A DNA stretch of 32,000 nt from an uncultured archaeon (lineage in GTDB: Archaea > Iainarchaeota > Iainarchaeia > Iainarchaeales > Iainarchaeaceae): positions 1 to 32,000 of the forward strand of contig CAZNZM010000008.1 in NCBI GenBank assembly GCA_964577555.1. The letters run 5' to 3'. The notes beneath the pieces were generated by a model, which was given only the letters and a program-made list of their open reading frames with translations, had not been told where the DNA came from and did not search any database. How positions within the stretch are numbered: position 1 is the stretch's first letter; each line of letters starts with the position of its first letter. The translations under genes and the position numbers were made by a program. Shown here piece by piece: positions 1 through 8,143 of the stretch.

Positions 1-1350
1 TGGGGTGTAGGTGTAGTTGTGGCAGTTGGTTTGTTCGTATTGTACGTATACTTTGAATGCCCATTCTAGTAGGTCGTAGAATCCGTGTCCTTTTGCGAGG
101 CTTTCTTGAGTTTGTGTGTTGTTGTAGTTGAATTGTGGTGGTTCTGCTTCTTTTGGGTTGTATACTTCTAGTTTGTAGTGTGTGTATTCTGAGTTTTTTA
201 TTATGTCTGTTGCGTTTTGAAGGTTTTGGGTGTCGCAGTATGTGTTGTTGTTTGGGTCTTGTACGCCATTGTTTTGGCATGTTATTGTTCTGTTTGTTAT
301 TATTTCGAATTGTTGGGTTGGTTTACTGTCGTCGCAGTTGGTCCAATCTGATGCGTCATTGCAGCTGTTGATGTTTATTTCTGTTATATATGTTGGTATT
401 TGGTTGTTTGTGTTGTCTGTTTTGTAGAGGCTTAGTGTGTTGCTTGTTTCTATTTTGCTTCCTACTGTTGGGGTTTGGCAGGTTCCTAGTTGTTTGTCGC
501 ATATTTTGTATGTTGCGTTGCTTCCGCATATGTTGGATTTGGCTGTTGTTATGTATTCCCAGTTTGTTTGGTCGTTTGAGCCGTATATGAGTGCGATTGG
601 GTGTAGTGTTTTGTTTGTTATTGTTGGGTTGTTGTTTGGGTTTAGTGATCCTATTCCTATTTCTTCTTGTTGTGAAATTTCTGTGTATGGTTTGTTTGAT
701 GTTGCGTATATTTCTGTGGATTGAAAGTCTTGGTATGCCCAACCGTTTTTTATTCCTGTGTTGTCTTTTTCTATTTCTGCGGTTGTTGCCACTCTTTTGG
801 TTCCTTGTACGGCTCCTCCTATTGTGGATGCTGCGCCTATTATTTTTAGGTGGTCGCTTATTTCTCTGAAGGTGCCGTTATTGCTGCATACTATGGATGA
901 TTCTGAGTTCATGTTGTAGAATGATTTTTCTTCGTATACTGCCATTACGAATGCGTTTTCGAATCCTGTTCCTGCTGCGTATTTTGCTTTGTATATTGTT
1001 GGGCCTACGTTTTTTGAGTAGACGTGTCTTGGTCCTCCGTCTGGGTGTCTTTGTGGTATTGTGTAGTTTGTGTATGTTTCTTGGTGTTCTATAAATTGGT
1101 GTTCGCTGTTTATTATTTTGTTTGTTCCTTTTTCGTCGTATGATATTGTCATTCCTGTTGTTGGGTTTGAGTTTTTTGTTGCGTTTGGGTAGGTTGGTGG
1201 GCATCCTGAGTAGTATGCTCCGTCTGTGTAGTTGTCGCTTATTGATATGCTTGTTGCTGTTGTTTGGTTTGTTATGAGTGTGAGTTGTATTAGTAGTAGT
1301 GTGGTTAGTATGGTTGTTGTGGTTTTGTTTTTTTTTGTTTGGTTTTGCAT
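1..1350 (-). CDS. Secreted/surface Thr-Asn-Gln-rich, Cys-containing protein, 3'-partial (runs off the window start); absent from the supplied ORF track
   Basis: Hand check: the + strand triplets 1-3, 4-6 ... 1348-1350 contain no TTA/CTA/TCA. The minus strand is therefore open for 450 codons from ATG 1350-1348 to the window edge. The N-terminus MQNQTKKNKTTTTILTTLLLIQLTLITNQTTATSISISD has a basic n-region and a hydrophobic core, like a signal peptide or anchor. It has 10 Cys and 14 N-x-S/T sequons by my count. The sense strand is almost only A and C: 13 of 442 non-Met/Trp codons end in G or T. No protein family recognised. Confidence 0.75.
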   Translation of the reverse strand, partial: MQNQTKKNKTTTTILTTLLLIQLTLITNQTTATSISISDNYTDGAYYSGCPPTYPNATKNSNPTTGMTISYDEKGTNKIINSEHQFIEHQETYTNYTIPQRHPDGGPRHVYSKNVGPTIYKAKYAAGTGFENAFVMAVYEEKSFYNMNSESSIVCSNNGTFREISDHLKIIGAASTIGGAVQGTKRVATTAEIEKDNTGIKNGWAYQDFQSTEIYATSNKPYTEISQQEEIGIGSLNPNNNPTITNKTLHPIALIYGSNDQTNWEYITTAKSNICGSNATYKICDKQLGTCQTPTVGSKIETSNTLSLYKTDNTNNQIPTYITEININSCNDASDWTNCDDSKPTQQFEIITNRTITCQNNGVQDPNNNTYCDTQNLQNATDIIKNSEYTHYKLEVYNPKEAEPPQFNYNNTQTQESLAKGHGFYDLLEWAFKVYVQYEQTNCHNYTYTP

Positions 1351-1403
1351 TTTAGAGCCTTTTGTTTTTGTGTTTTTTTTTGTTTAAGAGTTTAACGTTT
1401 TTC

Positions 1404-1416
1404 ATATTTTTATACT
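1404..1416 (-). promoter_or_regulatory. Candidate TATA box for the 1-1350 gene
   Basis: Minus-strand GTATAAAAATAT lies about 55-65 nt upstream of ATG 1350, implying a ~30-nt leader that is itself A/C-rich. Position only; no experimental support. Confidence 0.3.
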
Positions 1417-1644
1417 TTTTTAATTCTTTGGTTTTGGTCAAATCCTTATAGCTAGGTATGTTGTTTTATATAGTGTTAAATTCAAAAGATGGCAGTCCTG
1501 CACAAAAACGATAAAATTTAAAAACTTTGAAACTATTCTTTAATCATGTTTGGAAGTAGTTTATTTGATGAGTGTGTATATCTAATTGATAAGTGGTATC
1601 CCTAAACAAAGACATAAAAATGAATTAAAATATGAGATGACTTA

Positions 1645-1941
1645 ATGGATTTTCTTCAAGAAAACTTAAATCGTGCAAATAACTTTTTTTTTAGAAACGT
1701 TTTAATTAAAAAGGAAGATTCAAGAGGATTATGCGATATTGCCGTTGGGAATAGAGCAGTTGGAATAGAATTAAAAAAAGATTTAAATTCAAAGTCCCAG
1801 ATAAACAGACTTCAAGGACAAATTGATGATTATAAAGAAGATTATCAAGAAGGAGTAATTGTTGTTTTGGTTGGAAAAGTAGATAAATATGTTGAAAATG
1901 ATTTGAGACACAAATTAACAAAGAAATTGATTAGATTATAA
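1645..1941 (+). CDS. Small hypothetical protein (98 aa) with a PD-(D/E)xK plus QxxxY nuclease-like motif pattern
   Basis: ORF track. The sequence ...GLCDIAVGNRAVGIELKKD...LQGQIDDY... gives D-x11-E-L-K followed by Q-x3-Y, the order seen in RecB/Cas4-like restriction-endonuclease-fold proteins. It is very short for that fold and I did not recognise a specific family. Confidence 0.5.
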   Translation: MDFLQENLNRANNFFFRNVLIKKEDSRGLCDIAVGNRAVGIELKKDLNSKSQINRLQGQIDDYKEDYQEGVIVVLVGKVDKYVENDLRHKLTKKLIRL

Positions 1942-2222
1942 TAATTTTAGATTAAACCAATTTAGAATTAAGTTAATCAATAAGGGCGAAATCAATTTAT
2001 CCAGTTCAAAATCAAACCTTCCAGATCCTTTTGGGTTTAATTTTAAAAGTCTTTTCTAAAGTGGTACTATTTTTTGCAACTTATAAAATAAAAATAATGC
2101 ATATTAAAACTTATCAAACGCTTCTAATATTTTGCTTTCAGGTTATGCAGATTACAGAATTTAGATTTTAAAAGCATTAAATTTATTAAAATATTGTATT
2201 TAAATTTTAAAGTGTGATATAG

Positions 2223-2462
2223 GTGTTAAGCCGTAGAAAAACAAAAAAGCCCGTACCTAAAGTAGTTGGTCCTACAGGTTCAGACTATCAAATAAGAAAA
2301 ATAAGAAACGTGGAAGACTTAGTAAACGTGGAAGACTTAGTGGCAGAATTACGCGCCGAAGAGGTAAAGGCAGGTCCAAACCCTTCACGAAGACCTGTGA
2401 AAAGGATTGCTGAGTTGAAAAGGTTAATAAGACGTTTAAAAGGAGAAGGCAATTTTGATTAA
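2223..2462 (+). CDS. Small basic hypothetical protein (79 aa, GTG start)
   Basis: ORF track. It has no internal Met, so a GTG start at 2223 is required. G+C is higher than in the flanking spacer. It is convergent with the 2479-4479 gene, with a 16-bp gap. It contains in-frame tandem duplications. The C-terminal half AELRAEEVKAGPNPSRRPVKRIAELKRLIRRLKGE looks like a two-helix hairpin. Confidence 0.45.
   Translation: MLSRRKTKKPVPKVVGPTGSDYQIRKIRNVEDLVNVEDLVAELRAEEVKAGPNPSRRPVKRIAELKRLIRRLKGEGNFD
2307..2342 (+). repeat. In-frame 18-bp tandem duplication (NVEDLV x2)
   Basis: aacgtggaagacttagta (2307-2324) is directly followed by aacgtggaagacttagtg (2325-2342), 17/18 identical. It is preceded by a 9-bp tandem ataagaaaa/ataagaaac (2292-2309). 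Confidence 0.9.
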
Positions 2463-2478
2463 GCCAAAACGTTTTTAA

Positions 2479-4479
2479 TTACAAATTTCTTTTTGCCCAA
2501 ATAAGCGCTATTGCAACAATTCCGATTAGCAGTAAGATCCAAAAAATGTTTTGTGCCGAGCCAAGCCCTGAAAGCCCAATGGATAACCATGAATTTATTC
2601 CGGTAGGCTCTGCGTTTACTGTTTTTGTCTCTTCAGAAGTTTTCACTACTTGGCTTTGAGTATTTTTGTCCAAATCAATTATTTCGTTTTTTTCTTGTGT
2701 TTTGATTATTCTTGAGTATTTTTCGGTTAAAATTGTTTCCTCAATTTTTGTTTGGAAATATACTATTGCCCCTTTTTCAGACAAGCCGTTTAATGCGATT
2801 GTTCTTTTCCCTGAGGAATTTGCTTGTATTAAAAATTCCGAATTTTGCACTTTTACACCGTTTCCATTAACTATTATTTTGGCTTCTTTTGGCGTGGAAT
2901 TAGAAAATTCAAAAGTCAAAAAACCTGAGTCTTTTTTGAATTCAACAATTGCAGGAACATTAATGTTTATTTTTTCATCTTCCTTTTTCTCTTCCACTAC
3001 TTTGACAATGAATTGGCCTGAATTTATTGTACAATTCAAACCAGAATTAAAGTGTCCTCTAATCAAAAAATAAGCAGTCACTTCTTCAGCTTCGGAGTTT
3101 TTTGGTGACATTGCCTTGACTTTTATTGCGCCTTCTTGTTCAGAAAAAATTGTTTTTGAATCTTTTGAAACTTCTATTGCGACACCTTGGCTGTAATTGA
3201 TTGTCTCAATTTTGTCAATTTTAAAGTCTTCAGAACTATGGTTTTTGAAAGTGAAATAAATTGTTTTTTCGTTTCCCTTGGCAACGTTGAAGTTTTGTTT
3301 TACGATTGAAAGCCCATTGCAATTATTAGCTATCGGCTGGGTTTCCCCGTAATAAGTTTTTGTTGTTTCAAGATTGTTTGCAAAAAAAGCGGTTTCTGCT
3401 TCAGGTTTTGCATTTCCTGATTCTTTTTTGTCAACACTATTCTGATTATTGTTATTATTTGAAATAACTTTTTTTTCATTTTCAGCTGCTTGATTTTCGA
3501 TTGCTTTGGTTTCGTAATATTTGTTTTGCACGAAATAAGCCGTGCTTCCGTTTAAAATTTTTGAATTATAATTTCTGTTTTGATTGTTGTTTTCATTCAG
3601 ATAATATTTGGGGTTTTCATAAACCACTACACCAAATTCAGTTTTTGTTTCCCCAGAACCGCAATAAGTTCCATCTTTGAAAGTTCCGTTTACCGAAATT
3701 TCGGCAGGCGCAACTCCGGAAGAAAGATTGTCGGAAGCATCAACTTCAAATTCCACTACTCCGTAATTTCCCGCAGTAATGTATTTGTCAAATTTCAAAT
3801 TTGATGCGTTGACATAATTATTGCCAACATAGATTTGCACGTTATGGACTTCTAAGTCCATTGGCGAGTTGTTGCTCAAAAACAAAAAAGCCTTGGATTT
3901 TTCCCCAGAATAAACTTGGGGATTTTCCCCGGTTATTGCAAGCATGCTGCAATCAGCAATTTTTTGTGGGTGATAAGTTTGTCCTGTTAACGAAGCCGGC
4001 ATTTCCAAGATTGGATAATAATAAGCGCCATAATAAACAGGCCCGTAAACATAAACCCAATCAGGGTAATATATCCATGAAGCATTGTAATAATAGTATG
4101 TTGAAGGATAATAAGCATAGCTAAGGTAATAATTCGGGTAGATTTGATAATAATCATAATAAAGTATGTCTGGTGTTATTGAAGTAGTTGTTACAATAAC
4201 ATCAGGCGCTATTGTAGGACCAATGTCAAAAGAATACCAGCCAGGTTCAAAGTAATAATATTGGCTGTATGAGTAAATTCGGAAAGGGTAATGTATATAG
4301 TAATAAGGTGAAGAACCAACATAAGTTATGTAGCTGTATGGTGTTGCGGTTTTAACATATGTGCCGCCTGTATAAATTTCAAACGCCAAATCGCTATTTG
4401 CAAAAGAAAAATAAACACCATTCGTAATTGTTGCCATCAAAACAGTCACAATCAAGACAAATAATATTTTGATTTTCAT
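2479..4479 (-). CDS. Surface protein (666 aa): signal peptide, Tyr-rich module, three beta-sandwich-like repeats, Asn-rich linkers and a C-terminal TM anchor
   Basis: N-terminus MKIKILFVLIVTVLMATITNG is signal-peptide-like. C-terminus NIFWILLLIGIVAIALIWAKRNL is a TM helix with a basic tail. Three roughly 100-aa segments have alternating beta-strand-like patterns, each opened by a Cys (CSMLAITGENPQVYSGEKSKAFLFLSN..., CNGLSIVKQNFNVAKGNEKTIYFTFKN..., NINVPAIVEFKKDSGFLTFEFSN...). No precise family assigned. Confidence 0.85.
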   Translation of the reverse strand: MKIKILFVLIVTVLMATITNGVYFSFANSDLAFEIYTGGTYVKTATPYSYITYVGSSPYYYIHYPFRIYSYSQYYYFEPGWYSFDIGPTIAPDVIVTTTSITPDILYYDYYQIYPNYYLSYAYYPSTYYYYNASWIYYPDWVYVYGPVYYGAYYYPILEMPASLTGQTYHPQKIADCSMLAITGENPQVYSGEKSKAFLFLSNNSPMDLEVHNVQIYVGNNYVNASNLKFDKYITAGNYGVVEFEVDASDNLSSGVAPAEISVNGTFKDGTYCGSGETKTEFGVVVYENPKYYLNENNNQNRNYNSKILNGSTAYFVQNKYYETKAIENQAAENEKKVISNNNNNQNSVDKKESGNAKPEAETAFFANNLETTKTYYGETQPIANNCNGLSIVKQNFNVAKGNEKTIYFTFKNHSSEDFKIDKIETINYSQGVAIEVSKDSKTIFSEQEGAIKVKAMSPKNSEAEEVTAYFLIRGHFNSGLNCTINSGQFIVKVVEEKKEDEKININVPAIVEFKKDSGFLTFEFSNSTPKEAKIIVNGNGVKVQNSEFLIQANSSGKRTIALNGLSEKGAIVYFQTKIEETILTEKYSRIIKTQEKNEIIDLDKNTQSQVVKTSEETKTVNAEPTGINSWLSIGLSGLGSAQNIFWILLLIGIVAIALIWAKRNL

Positions 4480-4826
4480 TCGTTCACCTTAATATATAGG
4501 CGCTTCCAACCTTAATAAATTTATCCTTTTTTAACTATAATAAGTTAATATATTTGGTTTTTTTGTTTAAAAATTAACTTTTATTAAACATAAAACGCCA
4601 TAATTGTCTGATTTATCCAAAAAAATGGTTTTTTTTGAGGTGCTTTTTGTCTTTTTTTTGCTTGCAAAAATAGTATTTTGCTTTTATAATGTCGATTAGT
4701 TGTTTTGTCATTGAGTCGTTTTTAAAGACAAATTTTTTATATTATTTGAAGTTTTTAGCCAATTACTTAAAAATTGTTAATAGTCAAAAAACCTGTTTAA
4801 TTCATTTTTTTTAATTAGCTATAGAA

Positions 4827-5150
4827 TTATCTTCCGTCGTCTTTTATGTCAATTTTTAAATGTACATTTTCAGGAATTTCAACCCTCATGACCCTTCTTA
4901 AAGTACCGTCGTCGCCGTTTGTGTGTATGTCAATCATTCTTTTATGAACCCGCATTTGCCATTTTTCGTAAGTTTCTGTACCACCGCCACAAGGCCCTTT
5001 TCTTGTAGGAATAACCAGTTTTTTTGTTGGCAATGGAATTATGCCTGAATGCTTTGCACCAGCTTTTTCCGCCACATCAATTATTTTTTTGCAAATCTCT
5101 TCAAGTTTTGCATAATCAGTTGATGAGAGCCTTATCCTTGCAGTTTGCAT
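4827..5150 (-). CDS. rps10: 30S ribosomal protein S10 (uS10)
   Basis: ARIRLSSTDYAKLEEICKKIIDVAEKAGAKHSGIIPLPTKKLVIPTRKGPCGGGTETYEKWQMRVHKRMIDI is a typical uS10, and it lies directly downstream of aEF-1alpha. The track start at 5165 is a TTG; I prefer ATG 5150 (MQTARIRL). Confidence 0.95.
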   Translation of the reverse strand: MQTARIRLSSTDYAKLEEICKKIIDVAEKAGAKHSGIIPLPTKKLVIPTRKGPCGGGTETYEKWQMRVHKRMIDIHTNGDDGTLRRVMRVEIPENVHLKIDIKDDGR

Positions 5151-5226
5151 AAATACCAATTCCAACCCAAATTTTTAAAAAATCAAATTATCTAAAAACA
5201 AAAAAATTATTGCCAAGGAATTTTTT

Positions 5227-6507
5227 TTACCTTGGCGTTATCTTTAAAATTATTCCCGCAGCGACTGTTTCACCCATGTCCCTTATTGCGAATCTTCCAA
5301 GCTGTGGAAATTTGTTATATTCTTCGCAAGCCAACGGCTTTAAAGGAGTTATTTTGACAATTGCCGCGTCCCCAGTTTTAAGGAATTTGGGGTTTTCTTC
5401 AATTGTTGCACCTGTTTTAGGATCAATTTTTTTGAGTATTTGTGTAAAAGTACAACTTACTTGTGCAGTGTGTATGTGGAACACAGGCGTATAACCAACA
5501 GGAATTGCAGTAGGGTGTTTGAGCACAACAATTTGCGCTTCAAATTCTTTTGCAACTGTTGGCGGATTATTTACATGCCCTATAACATCGCCTCTTGAAA
5601 TGTCTTTTTTTTCAAGTCCTCTGACGTTGATGCCTATATTGTTTCCAGGAATTGCTTCAGGTATTTGCATATGATGTTCTTCAATAGACTTTACTTCGCC
5701 TGTTTTTCCCGAAGGCATTATTATGATTTTATCGTTCGGCTTCAAAACACCTGTTTCAACCCTTCCAACAGGCACCAATCCAACCCCTTTCGGATTATAA
5801 ACATCTTGTATTGGCAATCTAAGCGGCTTGTCTGTTGGCGGAACCGGTGCTTTAAGTTCGTCCAAAGCTTGAACCAAAGTAGGTCCTTTATACCAAGGCA
5901 TTTTGCCTTGCGATTTTGCAACGTTTTCGCCTTCCCAAGCCGAATAAGGTATGAATTTCAATTGGTCTTCCTTATACCCAATGCTTTTAAGCATCTTGAG
6001 CATTTCAGCGTGTACTTCCTTATACTTTGCTTCACTGTATTGGACTTCATCCATTTTGTTAAGTCCTACAATAAGTTGATTGACACCCATTACTTTTGCA
6101 AGAAACGCATGTTCCTTGACTTGTGGCTGCTCTTGCAATATGTTAGCTCCTGCTTTTGAAGCAACAACCAGCACAGCAGCATCAGCTTGCGATGTTCCAG
6201 TAATCATGTTTTTGATAAAGTCTCTGTGTCCTGGAGCATCAATAATCGTAAAATTGTTTTTTTGTCCAGTAAACTTTCTGTAAGCAACATCAATTGTTAC
6301 GCCCCTGTCTCTTTCTTCTTTAAGGTTGTCCATGACATAAGCAAACGCAAACGTGCCTTTTCCCTTTGCCTCTGCTTCTTCTTTTATTTTTCTATACTCT
6401 TGTTCAGGCAAAGCCCCAGTATCGTACAACAACCTTCCGATAGTTGTGGACTTGCCATTGTCAACATGGCCTATGAATACCAAATTAATATGTGGCTTTT
6501 CTGCCAT
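5227..6507 (-). CDS. tuf: Translation elongation factor aEF-1alpha
   Basis: [17 protein letters not shown] and NKMD GTPase motifs, with full-length similarity to archaeal EF-1alpha. ATG 6507 is preceded by GGAGG (6516-6520) at 8-nt spacing. The track start at 6522 is a TTG inside that SD region. Confidence 0.97.
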   Translation of the reverse strand: MAEKPHINLVFIGHVDNGKSTTIGRLLYDTGALPEQEYRKIKEEAEAKGKGTFAFAYVMDNLKEERDRGVTIDVAYRKFTGQKNNFTIIDAPGHRDFIKNMITGTSQADAAVLVVASKAGANILQEQPQVKEHAFLAKVMGVNQLIVGLNKMDEVQYSEAKYKEVHAEMLKMLKSIGYKEDQLKFIPYSAWEGENVAKSQGKMPWYKGPTLVQALDELKAPVPPTDKPLRLPIQDVYNPKGVGLVPVGRVETGVLKPNDKIIIMPSGKTGEVKSIEEHHMQIPEAIPGNNIGINVRGLEKKDISRGDVIGHVNNPPTVAKEFEAQIVVLKHPTAIPVGYTPVFHIHTAQVSCTFTQILKKIDPKTGATIEENPKFLKTGDAAIVKITPLKPLACEEYNKFPQLGRFAIRDMGETVAAGIILKITPR

Positions 6508-6772
6508 TTTATATCCCTCCAAAAACCTGATAAAACCTCAAAAGAAAGCCAAAGCTCCCCAATTTTAGCTACAAAGTAGTCCCTAAAAAGGTTTAAAAAG
6601 TCATGCCCAAAATGCCAACCAATTTTTTTAAGCTATTTTTATGTTTCATAAAAAAATAAAAAATAAATCAATTTTTTTTGTCTTAGCTCTCGGCTTGTTT
6701 TTTTTAAGACTCTCAAACCAATTTTTTTGCAAAAAATCGTTTTAAAACCATTCTTTACTTTTCGTTTTTTTT

Positions 6773-7360
6773 CTAACCTGCCAATAGTTTTTCCCTAGTT
6801 TTTTTGCGTGATAAAATAAAAATAACTCCAAAAGGTATTAACAGAACCAACAAAGGGTCAATTTCAGGCACAGGGGTTTTTTTCTCTTTAACCATTATAA
6901 CGACAGATTTAGCATTGTCAACTTTTACAGTTTCTGTATCAAGAGTGCACGGGGTACTGCCCGACAGTTTGCAACTTTCAAATTTTATAGTAAATATATA
7001 AATTCCTTTTTCAAAAGTTGGAGGCAAGGCACCACTACTAACAACATTATAAATCAGTATATCGTTTAACTCGTTTCCTCCAAGTGAAGTAGTAATAGTA
7101 ATAGTATAAATCGAATCTTCAGGATTTGTTTTTCCCAATTTTTTTAGTTCTATTTTTATTGTTACTGGATTAATTTGTGGATCAAATTTTTCTATTTTAT
7201 ACCATAGATTTATTTTATCTGGCGTGGGACTTTGATTTAAATAAAAAACATTTCTGCCGTTTGTATTCAAATCCAATTTAATCACGTTTTTTTCCTCTGC
7301 AAAAGATATTTGCGGCAAAAAAAATGACAGGATAATCAAGGCTAAAAAAGCTTTAATCAT
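6773..7360 (-). CDS. Small secreted, membrane-anchored protein (195 aa)
   Basis: N-terminal signal-like MIKAFLALIILSFFLPQISFAEE. The middle is beta-rich. The C-terminal PLLVLLIPFGVIFILSRKKTREK is a TM helix with a basic tail. It sits between aEF-2 and aEF-1alpha. No family recognised. Confidence 0.8.
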   Translation of the reverse strand: MIKAFLALIILSFFLPQISFAEEKNVIKLDLNTNGRNVFYLNQSPTPDKINLWYKIEKFDPQINPVTIKIELKKLGKTNPEDSIYTITITTSLGGNELNDILIYNVVSSGALPPTFEKGIYIFTIKFESCKLSGSTPCTLDTETVKVDNAKSVVIMVKEKKTPVPEIDPLLVLLIPFGVIFILSRKKTREKLLAG

Positions 7361-7374
7361 GGCATAATTATGGC

Positions 7375-7389
7375 TTTTTAATATTTTAA
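7375..7389 (-). promoter_or_regulatory. Candidate TATA box; near-leaderless start of the 6773-7360 gene
   Basis: Minus-strand TTAAAATATTAAAAA is centred about 23 nt upstream of ATG 7360. Confidence 0.4.
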
Positions 7390-7690
7390 CTTTTGTTTTT
7401 CGTTTTAATAGGCGTTGGCTTGGCGTTGTTTGCCAAACAGTGTTTGTTTTTTGCTATTTTAATTCAAAGTTTAACTATTTTTTTTAGCAGGGTATTTTTG
7501 GCGGAATTTTTGTCATTTTTTAATTGTTTTTTTTGTTTAAAATATAAATTGTTTCTTTTGTCTTTGGCTTGTTTTTTTTTAGACAATTTATTTTTTTAGT
7601 TTTGTTTTTCGTTTTTTTTTGCTTTGGCTTGCTGTTTTTTTGAGCTTTTTTTTGGCAACTTTATTTTTTTGTAATTTTTTTTAGCCTGTT

Positions 7691-7864
7691 TTTTGTTTTT
7701 TTTAGCCGAATTTTTTTTATTTTAAACTTTTTTTGTTTTTTTGCCAAGTTGTTTTTCAAACGGGTTTTTGTTTGATTTTTTTTATTTTTTAATTTAAAAT
7801 TCAAATTATCTGTTTTTTTTCTTTGAGGTTTTATTTTTTTTGTCATTGTTTTTTTTTGCGAGCC
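7691..7864 (+). repeat. Dispersed repeat, copy A (interrupted by about 65 bp at 7751-7814)
   Basis: 7691-7750 (ttttgttttttttagccgaattttttttattttaaactttttttgtttttttgccaagtt) and 7817-7864 (ttttctttgaggttttattttttttgtcattgtttttttttgcgagcc) align with 20031-20141. Confidence 0.8.
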
Positions 7865-8082
7865 GTTTTTTTTTGTTTGTCTTTTTGAGCCGATTTTTAT
7901 TTTTTTTCATTTTTTTTGCAAGTAGTTTTTTTGATGTTTTTTTTGCGAGCTGTTTTTTTTAGCCAAATTTATTTTTTTTATTGGTAAATTGATTTTTTCT
8001 TTCACTTTTGTTTTGAAGCTGTTTTTTTTTATTGCATTTTTTTGCTTGTTTTTACCACTTATTTTTTTAATTTGTTTTTTTT

Positions 8083-8143
8083 GCCAAGTTTTTTCTTTGA
8101 GGTTTTATTTTTTTTGTTTTTGTCATTGTTTTTTTTGCGAGCC
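8083..8143 (+). repeat. Dispersed repeat, copy B
   Basis: gccaagttttttctttgaggttttattttttttgtttttgtcattgttttttttgcgagcc matches 20082-20141 at about 56 of 61 positions by eye. Confidence 0.85.

Noticed and set aside
135-1204. Track ORFs on both strands across the G/T-rich block (135..371+, 230..427+, 356..742-, 390..590+, 437..724+, 591..869+, 878..1204-, 897..1094+).
   Set aside because: Their products are Leu/Cys/Phe/Val-only or Asn/Lys/Arg/Pro-only strings, produced by reading a strongly skewed sequence out of frame. A single uninterrupted 450-codon frame (1-1350, minus) with a signal-peptide-like N-terminus explains the region better.
1-1350. The idea that the adenine-rich ORF is a diversity-generating-retroelement target (AAC-rich variable region).
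   Set aside because: No template/variable repeat pair, no reverse transcriptase and no localised roughly 100-bp AAY-rich block are visible. The skew covers the whole 1.35 kb and involves C as much as A. It cannot be excluded for the unseen 3' end, so it is retained only as something to check when the contig is extended.
1468-1644. Mini-ORFs upstream of the 98-aa ORF (for example MFGSSLFDECVYLIDKWYP at 1546-1605, in the same frame as 1645) considered as a disrupted N-terminus of a longer nuclease gene.
   Set aside because: Four in-frame stops (1603, 1615, 1621, 1633) lie within about 40 nt between them. That is too many for a simple recent pseudogenisation, and I found no recognisable homology.
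2479-7360. C-terminal anchors of the 666-aa and 195-aa proteins considered as PGF-CTERM/archaeosortase sorting signals.
   Set aside because: The tripartite shape (TM helix plus basic tail) is present. However, the motif is not PGF (GLSGLGSAQNIFW... and ...LLIPFGVIFIL...), and no archaeosortase gene is in the window. They are called plain TM anchors.
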